From an uncultured Clostridia bacterium (lineage in GTDB: Bacteria > Bacillota > Clostridia > UBA1381), in the NCBI GenBank assembly GCA_947628515.1, contig CANRAG010000002.1:458-64457 (forward strand): a DNA stretch of 64,000 nucleotides, written 5' to 3'. Position 1 is the first letter of the stretch. Every line of letters begins with the position of its first letter. Both the position numbers and the translations under genes were made by a program. This document shows, piece after piece, positions 9,387 to 16,874 of this stretch. Below the pieces are notes generated by a model. That model was not told the origin of the DNA. It saw only the letters and a program-made list of their open reading frames with translations, and did not search any database.

Positions 9387-10415
9387 TTATACGCCCTCCT
9401 TTTTAAACGCTTTTATAACCTTCACTATATTCAGGTTCTGCGGACACTTGTTAACGCATCTGCCGCAGCCGACACATGAATACATACCGTCGTTATTGGT
9501 CGGGAAATACACAAGCTTATGCATAAACCGCTGTCTGAACCGCTGCATCTGGCTTGTTCTGTTATTGCCGTGCGCCATTAATGTGAAGTCGGAATACATG
9601 CATGAATCCCAGCAGCGGTAACGCTGAACGCCGTGCCCCGTATCGTAGTCCTTTATATCGTAGCACTGACAGGTCGGGCATACGAATGTGCAGGTTCCGC
9701 ACGCGATACACGGTTTATATAAATCCTCCCACAGCGGCGAGTTGAAGCGTTCGAGCTTATCGTCCCTGCCCCAGCCGTCAAGCGAAAGGCGCATGTTCGG
9801 TATTTTGGAAACGATTTTCGATATTTCCTCCCGCTTAGCCTCAACCGCCGCGTCGTCTCCGTCGGATAAAAGGCGCTTCACGCTGTCTGTGAGCATTTCG
9901 CCCTTCTCCGTTACGGGGCGCCAGAACAGCTCGTCGCCTATGAGCCATGTTATCACGTCCGCGCCCGACGGCTCCGTGCAGTCAATTCCGAACACCTTGC
10001 AGAAGCAGCTAAGCTCCGGCTCGTTACAAGCCATCGCCACTATTATGCCGTGCTCGCGGCGGGCCGCATAGAATGTGTCCACCGGCTCGGCAAGGAACAC
10101 CTTGTCGAGAACCTCAACGCCGCGAACGTCGCATGCCTTCATGCCGAACACAACAAAGCTTTCGTCCGTAAGCGCCTCAAGCGTTATTGTAATCTTCTTT
10201 CCTTCCTTCCCGCAGGTATACAAATTCTCGCTCTGCGGGAAGAACGCGTCCTTTGGCGATTTTACCGTCTTTAGGGTTTTAATATCCACCTCGGCGGAAC
10301 GCGTCCACTGTTCAAAGTTGGTCTGTCCCGCTTTCTTCACCGGAATATAGAGGGTGTTTGTCTCGGCAATCGCCTCATATAAATCGGGGAGGTTTTCTTT
10401 TGCTATTTTATACAT
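9387..10415 (-). CDS. flxB: FlxB-like Fe-S subunit (AsrA/HydB-type)
   Basis: Cluster motifs CIACGTCTFVCPTCQCYD and CVGCGRCVNKCP are present. The track ORF starts at 10454, but ATG 10415 (MYKIAKENL) has AAGGAGGTG upstream and removes the overlap with flxC. There is a 1-nt gap to flxA. Confidence 0.6.
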   Translation of the reverse strand: MYKIAKENLPDLYEAIAETNTLYIPVKKAGQTNFEQWTRSAEVDIKTLKTVKSPKDAFFPQSENLYTCGKEGKKITITLEALTDESFVVFGMKACDVRGVEVLDKVFLAEPVDTFYAARREHGIIVAMACNEPELSCFCKVFGIDCTEPSGADVITWLIGDELFWRPVTEKGEMLTDSVKRLLSDGDDAAVEAKREEISKIVSKIPNMRLSLDGWGRDDKLERFNSPLWEDLYKPCIACGTCTFVCPTCQCYDIKDYDTGHGVQRYRCWDSCMYSDFTLMAHGNNRTSQMQRFRQRFMHKLVYFPTNNDGMYSCVGCGRCVNKCPQNLNIVKVIKAFKKEGV

Positions 10416-10428
10416 AACATCCACCTCC

Positions 10429-11391
10429 TTATACAGTACCCGGCTCCGCGTCACCGAAGGTGAAGCTTGTAAGCGGGGTCGCGCCCTCGGCGCTCTCGCC
10501 CGCGCAAAAATCGCCGTATAGAGTGTTTATATCCTTTATGAACTTGCGGTTCAGCAAGTGGAGCGGAATACCCTGCGGACATACCCTGCTGCACTCGCCG
10601 CAATCCGTGCACCGTCCCGCGACGTGGAACGCGCGGATTATATGGAACATTTTTTCCTCAAAGCTGTCCGAATTGGCCTTCTGAGCGCTGTCAAACTTCG
10701 TGCTGTCAAACACGCATTTGCGGCACGAGCATGCCGGACACACGTTGCGGCACGCGTTGCATCGGATACATTTTGAAAGCTCTGCCTTAAAGAACGCGAA
10801 CCTTTCCTCCGGACTCATCGCCTCGATTTTGCGAACCTCGTCAAACCGGTCGCCGTCAACCGTGTCAGCCGAGTCGCCTATCAGCTCGTCATAAACGACG
10901 TACTCCTTGCCCCTGCATACGTGGCATCTTTCAAGCATCGCGTCCCTATACGCGCAGGTTGTGTTTCCCGTAAGCGTTTCTATTGTAAGAGTGTCGCAAG
11001 CGTCTGTAAGCTCCGCGCCCTTAACGTCTATGACATTCTTTATCCCTATCGCGTTAAGGCTCGCCTCGCTTATTTTACCCTTGCAGCCCACGCCGATTAT
11101 GTACGCCTTTTCCCTGTCTACTCTGTTCTCCTTTAAAAGCTGGTTGAAGCTGTAGGTATCGCAGGGCTTCAAAAATACAAGCGTTCTGCCATCCAGCTCG
11201 GACGCTTCTATCATATACTTTGAAAGGTTTGCGCCGCAAAAGCCGTTATATACAAATTCCGAAAGACTTTCCCCGTCATTAAAATACGCCGGTTCGGGGT
11301 TTGTCGGTAAATCGCCCCTTCTCCAGCCGAGAACTCTCGCAACCGTGCCGTCGGCCAACAGCTCCTTTGTGCGGTTTATCAGCTCCTGCAT
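10429..11391 (-). CDS. flxC: FlxC-like Fe-S subunit (FrhB/4Fe-4S dicluster-type)
   Basis: 320 aa with CIRCNACRNVCPACSCRKC and CTDCGECSRVCPQGI motifs. It sits between mvhD/flxD and flxB and overlaps the flxD stop by 13 nt. Confidence 0.55.
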   Translation of the reverse strand: MQELINRTKELLADGTVARVLGWRRGDLPTNPEPAYFNDGESLSEFVYNGFCGANLSKYMIEASELDGRTLVFLKPCDTYSFNQLLKENRVDREKAYIIGVGCKGKISEASLNAIGIKNVIDVKGAELTDACDTLTIETLTGNTTCAYRDAMLERCHVCRGKEYVVYDELIGDSADTVDGDRFDEVRKIEAMSPEERFAFFKAELSKCIRCNACRNVCPACSCRKCVFDSTKFDSAQKANSDSFEEKMFHIIRAFHVAGRCTDCGECSRVCPQGIPLHLLNRKFIKDINTLYGDFCAGESAEGATPLTSFTFGDAEPGTV

Positions 11392-11822
11392 CTTAAATCC
11401 CCCAATCTTACGTTCTTGCCGAGCGACTTGATTTTTTCCACAAACTCGTTCATAGTGGCTGAGAACTTAACGCCCTCGGCGGCAGAAACCCACTCGACTC
11501 TCGTTCTGCCGTGCTCAACCCCGATATAGTCAAGCATTGAGAACAGAAGCGTCATTCTTCTTCTCGCATAGTAATTGCCCGTGCTGTAGTGGCAGTCGCC
11601 CGGATGGCAGCCGCACATTATAACGCCGTCCGCGCCCTTTTCGAACGCTCTTAATATAAACATCGGGTTTACGCGGCATGAGCACGGCACCTTTATAATC
11701 TTTACGTCGGCAGGATATGTGAGACGGCTGCTGCCCGCTAAATCCGCGCCCGCATAGCTGCACCAGTTACAGCAGAACGCCACAATTTTGGGTCTGAATT
11801 CCGCGTTATCATTCATCGGCAT
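11379..11822 (-). CDS. flxD: MvhD-like (methyl-viologen-reducing hydrogenase delta subunit) 2Fe-2S protein = FlxD
   Basis: PKIVAFCCNWCSYAGADLAGSSRLTYPADVKIIKVPCSCRVNPMFILRAFEKGADGVIMCGCHPGDCHY is the canonical MvhD/FlpD domain. The likely start is ATG 11822 (GGAGGTG 8 nt upstream) or ATG 11816, which overlaps the hdrA stop as ATGA. The track start at 11921 is inside hdrA. Confidence 0.8.
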   Translation of the reverse strand: MPMNDNAEFRPKIVAFCCNWCSYAGADLAGSSRLTYPADVKIIKVPCSCRVNPMFILRAFEKGADGVIMCGCHPGDCHYSTGNYYARRRMTLLFSMLDYIGVEHGRTRVEWVSAAEGVKFSATMNEFVEKIKSLGKNVRLGDLRCRS

Positions 11823-13801
11823 ATCGCGTCCACCTCCGCTATAATCTGTCTGTTTGAAAAGCCCTGAAGATCCATTGCGCCCGACGGACACGTAACTGTG
11901 CAGGCGCCGCAGCCCTGGCACAGCGCGTTGTTTACAACCGCTACGCGGCGGTTTTCGCGAACGCCCGGACCCATAACAAGCCTTGTTTCATATGAAATCG
12001 CGCCGTAAGGACACACGTTCGCGCACTGCGAACACCCGTTGCACATCAGCTCATCCGCCTTTGCGGTACACGGGTTTGTCATAAGCTTATCCTTTGCCAA
12101 AAGGCCGATTGCCTTGACCGCCGCCGCGCCCGCCTGCGCCACCGTTTCGGGAATATCCTTCGGCCCCTGGCACACGCCCGAGAGGAACACTCCCGCCGTC
12201 GGGGACTCGACCGGACGCAGCTTCGGATGCGCCTCCGTCAGGAAATTATTCGTATCAATGCTTGCGGTAAGCATTGTGGCAATCTGTCTTACCGATGCGG
12301 ACGGCTCGATAGCCGCCGCGAGAACGACCATATCCGCGCTCATTCTGAGCTGCTTGTTATCCAGCAAATCTGACGCGTAAACCGTGAGACTTCCGTCCGG
12401 CTCCGGACAGACCTTTCCAACCTGTCCCTTTATGTAATTAACGCCGTATTCCTCAACAGCGCGGCGATAGAACTCGTCAAAATTCTTACCGGGCGTTCTC
12501 ACGTCGATATAGAATACCGTCACATTCACATCCGGATACTTGTCGCGTATGAGCATCGCGTGCTTCGCGGTATACATACAGCATATCTTCGAGCAGTAGC
12601 TTTTGCCGCGCTCGTCCGCGCAGCGGCTGCCCACGCATTGCACGAATACAATATTTTTGGGTTCCCTGCCGTCGGAAAGTCTTTGCAGATGTCCCTTTGT
12701 GGGACCGGCGGCATTCATAATTCTCTCAAGCTCAAGCGACGTTATAACATCCCTGCTCTGTGAATACGCGTATTCGTCATATTTATCCAGCTTGATAACG
12801 TCAAAGCCCGTCGCGACGACAATCGCGCCGTACTTCCGCGTTATAATCTCATCCTTTTGCTCATAGTCTATCGCGCCCGCCGCGCACACCTTTGAGCACA
12901 GTCCGCACTTTCCGGTTTTAAATTTTATACATGCCTCGCGGTCGATTACCGGCACGTTCGGTATCGCCTGCGCAAACGGTGTGTATATTGCGGTTCTTGT
13001 GTTAAGCCCGCGGTTGAACTCGCTCGGAGTTTTCTTCGACGGACATTTTTCCTGACACAGGCCGCAGCCCGTGCATTTATTCATATCAACGCTTCTCGCC
13101 TTTTTGCGTATGTCAACCGTGAAATCTCCGACAAATCCCGATACCTGTTCCACCTCGCTGTATGTGTAAATATTAATCTTGTCATGCGCGGCGGCCTCGA
13201 CCATTTTCGGCGTAAGGATACACGCCGAACAGTCAAGAGTCGGAAATGTCTTGTCAAGCTGTGACATTCTTCCGCCTATCGACGGCGTTTTCTCAACTAT
13301 ATCCACCTCATAGCCCGCGTCGGCAATGTCAAGCGCGGTCTGTATACCCGCTATACCGCCGCCTATTACAAGCGCGCGCTTTGTAACCCGACTTTCGCCC
13401 GGCTTTAGCGGTGTGTTGAGGTTTACCTTCGCAACGGCGGCGCGCATTAGAATTACCGCCTTCTTCGTCGCCTCCTCAACATCCTTATGTATCCACGAGC
13501 AATGCTCGCGTATATTCGCAATCTCAACCATGTACGGATTTATTCCCGCGCGCTCGGCGCAGGTTCTGAACGTTGTCTCATGCATTCTCGGCGAGCACGA
13601 GCACACCACAATGCCCGTGAGATTTTTTTCCGCGATTGCCGCCGCAATCTTCGCCTGTCCTGCCTCGGAGCACATATACTGATAGTCCTCGGCATGAACA
13701 ACACCCGGCTCCATAAGAGCCGTTTCCGTTACCTTCTTAACGTCCACCGTCGCCGCGATATTACTTCCGCAATGGCAGACAAAAACACCTATTCTCTGCA
13801 A
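11813..13801 (-). CDS. hdrA: Heterodisulfide reductase subunit A (HdrA; FAD + multiple 4Fe-4S, the bifurcating-type flavoprotein)
   Basis: Blocks seen: IGVFVCHCGSNIA, VIGGGIAGIQTALDIADAGYEV, CTGCGLCQEKCP, FVQCVGSRC...CSKICC, CNGCSQCANVCPYG and CQGCGACTVTCPSG. The track ORF begins at 13861 inside hdrC. TTG 13801 with GAGGAG at 13810-13815 (8-nt spacing) avoids that overlap. Confidence 0.85.
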   Translation of the reverse strand: MQRIGVFVCHCGSNIAATVDVKKVTETALMEPGVVHAEDYQYMCSEAGQAKIAAAIAEKNLTGIVVCSCSPRMHETTFRTCAERAGINPYMVEIANIREHCSWIHKDVEEATKKAVILMRAAVAKVNLNTPLKPGESRVTKRALVIGGGIAGIQTALDIADAGYEVDIVEKTPSIGGRMSQLDKTFPTLDCSACILTPKMVEAAAHDKINIYTYSEVEQVSGFVGDFTVDIRKKARSVDMNKCTGCGLCQEKCPSKKTPSEFNRGLNTRTAIYTPFAQAIPNVPVIDREACIKFKTGKCGLCSKVCAAGAIDYEQKDEIITRKYGAIVVATGFDVIKLDKYDEYAYSQSRDVITSLELERIMNAAGPTKGHLQRLSDGREPKNIVFVQCVGSRCADERGKSYCSKICCMYTAKHAMLIRDKYPDVNVTVFYIDVRTPGKNFDEFYRRAVEEYGVNYIKGQVGKVCPEPDGSLTVYASDLLDNKQLRMSADMVVLAAAIEPSASVRQIATMLTASIDTNNFLTEAHPKLRPVESPTAGVFLSGVCQGPKDIPETVAQAGAAAVKAIGLLAKDKLMTNPCTAKADELMCNGCSQCANVCPYGAISYETRLVMGPGVRENRRVAVVNNALCQGCGACTVTCPSGAMDLQGFSNRQIIAEVDAICR

Positions 13802-13829
13802 ACCCTTCACTCCTCTATGACTGTACGAT

Positions 13830-14219
13830 TCACTTTCTGTACCTTCTGAACGCGCTGACAATCAGCTGCTGCGGTGTGTCCTCGTCAAACAGCTCCGGTA
13901 TCTCGTCGGGCGTAAGATAATCCCCGCCCCGCTGTCGTTCCGCTATCTGCCTCGCCGCGTCAATCAGCTTGCCGGGCTTAACGCCGCGCGGGCAGCGCTC
14001 AACGCACGCGAAGCATGAAAGACAGTGCCACAGCGACTTTGATTTCGTAAGCGGTTCTATATCATCGTTATCCACATACGACACGAACTGGTGCGGCTTT
14101 ATATCCATCTTGTCAAAGCTTGGACAGGTTGCCGAGCACTTGCCGCATTTCATACACTTCTTCGGATTAACCCCGCTTATTTCGCGGATTTGCTCCGCCA
14201 ATAAATCCGATTTATTCAT
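13830..14219 (-). CDS. hdrC: Heterodisulfide reductase subunit C (HdrC; two 4Fe-4S motifs)
   Basis: 129 aa with CMKCGKCSATCPS and CLSCFACVERCPRG. The start overlaps the hdrB stop by 8 nt. Confidence 0.8.
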   Translation of the reverse strand: MNKSDLLAEQIREISGVNPKKCMKCGKCSATCPSFDKMDIKPHQFVSYVDNDDIEPLTKSKSLWHCLSCFACVERCPRGVKPGKLIDAARQIAERQRGGDYLTPDEIPELFDEDTPQQLIVSAFRRYRK

Positions 14220-15009
14220 TATCCGCCGCCTCCTTTACGCCCAAAGCCTCGGCGAGCAGCTCTGTAAAATAATATACGGGAAGAACGTCTCCGGCCGCCT
14301 TATTGATATTATACAGGCACAGCGGGCATGCGGTGATAAGCATCTGCGCGCCCCAGCCCTTCGCGCTGCCCGTAATATCTAAGCAGAGATATTTCGACCG
14401 CTCCTTTTCCTTTAGCGATATGTAGCCGCCGCAGCATTCGTTACGGTACGGGTACACAACCGGCTCCGCGCCGATTGCCCTTATGAAATCCTCCATGATT
14501 GTCGGGTTTTCCGGATCGTCAAACGCCATGAGCTTGCCCGGCCTTAAAAGCAGACAGCCGTAATACGCGCCAATCCTCTTGCCCGTCAGCGGATTTACAA
14601 CCTTCTTTTTAAGCTCGTCAAAGCCTATAACATCGCGAAGCACCTCTAAGAAGTGCAGCACCTTTGTTTCGCCCGCATAGGGCGTTTCAAGCTGCATATA
14701 ATTATTCGCGCGAGTTCTTATATCATCGACATTTCGCATATCGTCATTTACGCGCTTTAGAACATGGTGGCACGCCGAGCAAAGCGTTACAAGCTCCTGT
14801 CCTCTGTCCCTTGCCGCCGCAAGGTTTCGCACGGACGCGAGCTTTGTCGCGATTTCATCGCTGCCGAGCGGATAAACGCCGCCGCAGCACTGCCACTCAT
14901 CTATTTCCTCCAATTCGATACCGAGCGCCGCGGCCGACGCGCGCGCGTACTTGTCGAGCGCCGTCGCCTTTGACTTAAGCGTGCAGCCCGGATAATAACT
15001 GTATTTCAT
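14212..15009 (-). CDS. hdrB: Heterodisulfide reductase subunit B (HdrB; CCG-domain protein)
   Basis: 265 aa. YYPGCTLKS..., WQCCGG and NECCGG are the duplicated CCG (Cys-rich) motifs. It lies 28 nt downstream of ldh. Confidence 0.8.
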   Translation of the reverse strand: MKYSYYPGCTLKSKATALDKYARASAAALGIELEEIDEWQCCGGVYPLGSDEIATKLASVRNLAAARDRGQELVTLCSACHHVLKRVNDDMRNVDDIRTRANNYMQLETPYAGETKVLHFLEVLRDVIGFDELKKKVVNPLTGKRIGAYYGCLLLRPGKLMAFDDPENPTIMEDFIRAIGAEPVVYPYRNECCGGYISLKEKERSKYLCLDITGSAKGWGAQMLITACPLCLYNINKAAGDVLPVYYFTELLAEALGVKEAADNE

Positions 15010-15037
15010 ATGGTTTAAGGAACTCTCCTTTCCAAGA

Positions 15038-15985
15038 TTATATTTCTATATTATCTATAACCTTCTTCAAAATGCTTGCGCTGCGCTGAAGCTTATATAT
15101 TTCCTCATCCGTAAGCTTAACCGGCACCTTGCCGCGAACGCCCTCCGGGCCTATAAGCGTGGGAACGCTCAGGCACACGTCGCTTATTCCGTATTCGCCG
15201 TGGAGCATAGAGGTTATTGTAGAAATCGAGTTATACGCCGAAAGAAGTATTGAGCACAGCCGGCATACCGCGACTGACACCGCGTAGAACGTCGCGCCCT
15301 TGTTTTCGATAATTCTTCCGCCGGATTCATGTATGTAATTCGTCATATTTTCCCGATCAAGCGGCTCGATATTCTTTCCGAACGACTTCATAACGTCCGT
15401 ATACTCCTCAAGAGTACAGCCTGAAATCTTCGCTATTGACCACGGCACGAACGAGGAGTCGCCATGCTCGCCGAAAACATACGCGTGTATGTTTCGCTGC
15501 GCAATCTCGTAATGCTCGGACAGCCCGTAGCGCAGCCGCGCCGTGTCAAGCAGAGTGCCCGAACCCATAATCTGATTTTCCGGCAGCCCCGAAAGCTTTG
15601 TGAAAACGTATGTCATTATGTCTACCGGATTGCTGACTATGATATAGAGCGCGTCCGGAGCCGCCTTTACAATATCCGGCGTTATGCTTTTAAGCACATC
15701 CACGTTTGTCTGCGTAAGCTCTATTCTCGTCTGCCCCGGCTTCCGCGCGATACCGGATGTGATTATAACAATATCTGAGCCTTCCGCGTCCTTATAGTCG
15801 CCCGCCTTAATGGATATAGGGTCGCGGAATGACGCGCCCTGAACAATATCCATCGCCTCGCCGATGACCTTCTGCTTATTGATATCAATCATCACAATTT
15901 CTGATGCTATAGCTTCGTTAGATAACGTATAAGCTATTGTGGAGCCGACGCTGCCCGCGCCGATAATAGTAATTTTACTTGCCAT
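15038..15985 (-). CDS. ldh: L-lactate dehydrogenase (NAD-dependent)
   Basis: KITIIGAGSVGSTIAY (Rossmann fold), DIVIITSGIARKPGQTR, SNPVDIMT and GEHGDSSFVPWS (catalytic His block). ATG 15985 (MASKITIIG) follows AGGAGA. The track start at 15994 is 3 codons upstream. Confidence 0.9.
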   Translation of the reverse strand: MASKITIIGAGSVGSTIAYTLSNEAIASEIVMIDINKQKVIGEAMDIVQGASFRDPISIKAGDYKDAEGSDIVIITSGIARKPGQTRIELTQTNVDVLKSITPDIVKAAPDALYIIVSNPVDIMTYVFTKLSGLPENQIMGSGTLLDTARLRYGLSEHYEIAQRNIHAYVFGEHGDSSFVPWSIAKISGCTLEEYTDVMKSFGKNIEPLDRENMTNYIHESGGRIIENKGATFYAVSVAVCRLCSILLSAYNSISTITSMLHGEYGISDVCLSVPTLIGPEGVRGKVPVKLTDEEIYKLQRSASILKKVIDNIEI

Positions 15986-16014
15986 ATATACCATTCTCCT
16001 GTTATTTGTTATAT

Positions 16015-16038
16015 TTCACCTATCCGACTAAGTTAAAG
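16015..16038. repeat. Left arm (core 24 nt) of an imperfect inverted repeat: TTCACCTATCCGACTAAGTTAAAG
   Basis: The reverse complement of 19019-19042 is TTCACCTGTCCGACTAAGTTAAAG, a 23/24 match. Similarity continues inward after a 32- vs 51-nt variable spacer. A is CGGCATAACAACGCGCAATAATCGCTTCACCGCCGGATAGTA (about 16079-16120). B (reverse complement) is CGGCATAATAACGCGCAGATCACTTCATAGCCGAACAGTA (about 18930-18967). The core lies in the ldh 5' leader, about 30-53 nt upstream of the ldh ATG. Confidence 0.85.
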
Positions 16039-16126
16039 CATGCCGCGCGTCCAAATTTGACAATTTCTCAGCCAAACGGCATAACAACGCGCAATAATCG
16101 CTTCACCGCCGGATAGTATTTATAAT

Positions 16127-16144
16127 TTGTCAAATTTTTAACAA
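16127..16144. promoter_or_regulatory. Candidate Rex (redox-sensing repressor) operator
   Basis: TTGTCAAATTTTTAACAA matches the clostridial Rex consensus TTGTTAA-N4-TTAACAA at 13/14 half-site positions and is a palindrome. It lies 142 nt upstream of the ldh ATG and overlaps AT-rich -10/-35-like hexamers on the minus strand (TTGACA / TATAAA). Confidence 0.45.
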
Positions 16145-16396
16145 TCGAAGTCCGCACAGCCCCATTCCGGTACGCGCAAAGAAACCGAAGGCGACCGCCC
16201 CCCGTTTATCCTTATATATATTAGCACATTGATATGAATTTAACAAGTTTTTTTTATCTGTTGGAAATAATTTTTAGCATTGGAACAGTTTTTACAAAAA
16301 TTCTATCGGAAAATTGTATATTTTGCGCCAATACAAGGTTACTTGCGTTAGTTAATGCTTACTTGTGGGTTTTAGCGATATATTTTTTAAAAAACC

Positions 16397-16425
16397 TTGT
16401 TTTTGCGCTAATATTGTGTTATAAT
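16397..16425 (+). promoter_or_regulatory. Sigma-A-type promoter with extended -10 (TTGTTT-N14-TGTTATAAT)
   Basis: -35 TTGTTT at 16397-16402 and extended -10 TGTTATAAT at 16417-16425, with 17-nt hexamer spacing. It points into a short unit that ends at the terminator 16508-16546. Confidence 0.4.
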
Positions 16426-16431
16426 CAAAAA

Positions 16432-16546
16432 GAGAGGTACACGAAAGATGAAATATAAAAGTGCGATAGCGGGAGATATAGAAGCAGCACGGGAAAAGGC
16501 GAATTTAGACGCGGCAAAGCTCAACCGGTTTTGCCGCGTCTTTTTT
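16432..16546 (+). ncRNA. Orphan ~115-nt transcription unit (sRNA or short-ORF mRNA), function unknown
   Basis: It is bounded by the promoter above and an intrinsic terminator. It contains an RBS-like AGAGAGG plus ATG 16448, but that ORF (track 16448..16741) reads straight through the terminator and into the convergent gene. I recognise no riboswitch or known sRNA family. Confidence 0.3.
16508..16546 (+). terminator. Rho-independent terminator
   Basis: GACGCGGCAAA (16508-16518), an 11-nt loop, TTTGCCGCGTC (16530-16540), then TTTTTT (16541-16546). Confidence 0.65.
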
Positions 16547-16571
16547 GTTTGGGCAAGATCCGCAGCATGCG

Positions 16572-16606
16572 AAAAAAAAAACGGCGCCGGGGGATTTTCG
16601 GCGCCG
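16572..16606 (-). terminator. Rho-independent terminator for the 629-aa gene / small-ORF transcript
   Basis: CGGCGCCG (16582-16589), a 9-nt loop, CGGCGCCG (16599-16606). The plus-strand A10 run at 16572-16581 gives a U10 tail on the minus-strand RNA. It is convergent with the plus-strand terminator 25 nt away. Confidence 0.7.
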
Positions 16607-16690
16607 CGTGTATTACAAGCTTATAATTTAATTATACTATCCGCAAGGACAGCGCGGGGATTTTGGATGCGTTGTCCCGAATGGATCTGT

Positions 16691-16855
16691 TTAGAATGTT
16701 ATTGTAACCTTTACAGCATCCGAACCTGCAGCAGCTATTAAACCGTCTACATAGGAATTAGCCTCTCCAACGTCTGTGCTCTCGACACCTGATGCTGTTA
16801 TAACATTCTCCATCTCAAACATGGAGATATTCATAATCGGATTTTCAAATTTCAT
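16691..16855 (-). CDS. Small acidic ORF P1 (54 aa), unknown function; paralogue of the ORF at 31850-32023
   Basis: Not in the track (<60 aa); I translated it by hand as MKFENPIMNISMFEMENVITASGVESTDVGEANSYVDGLIAAAGSDAVKVTITF. AGGAGG sits 9 nt upstream of the ATG. The ORF starts 19 nt after the stop of the 629-aa gene and is followed by the terminator at 16572-16606. Its N-terminal motif and C-terminal I-T-aromatic end are shared with P2. Confidence 0.5.
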   Translation of the reverse strand: MKFENPIMNISMFEMENVITASGVESTDVGEANSYVDGLIAAAGSDAVKVTITF

Positions 16856-16874
16856 AATTATCTACCTCCTGTTA

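Noticed and set aside
11822-11921. Long 5' extensions of track ORFs (mvhD from 11921, hdrA from 13861, flxB from 10454, SBP from 57831, 516-aa protein from 51110, RNase H from 20641)
   Set aside because: The extensions overlap the preceding gene and lack RBSs. Internal starts with good Shine-Dalgarno spacing restore compact, non-overlapping or 4-8-nt-overlapping junctions.
16234-16458. 74-aa hydrophobic ORF in the AT-rich spacer
   Set aside because: It has no RBS, lies in about 30% GC DNA where ORFs arise by chance, and overlaps the predicted promoter at 16397-16425.
16448-16741. 97-aa ORF starting at the RBS-like AGAGAGG
   Set aside because: It reads through two intrinsic terminators and into the convergent P1 gene. 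Only a very short peptide or a non-coding RNA is plausible.
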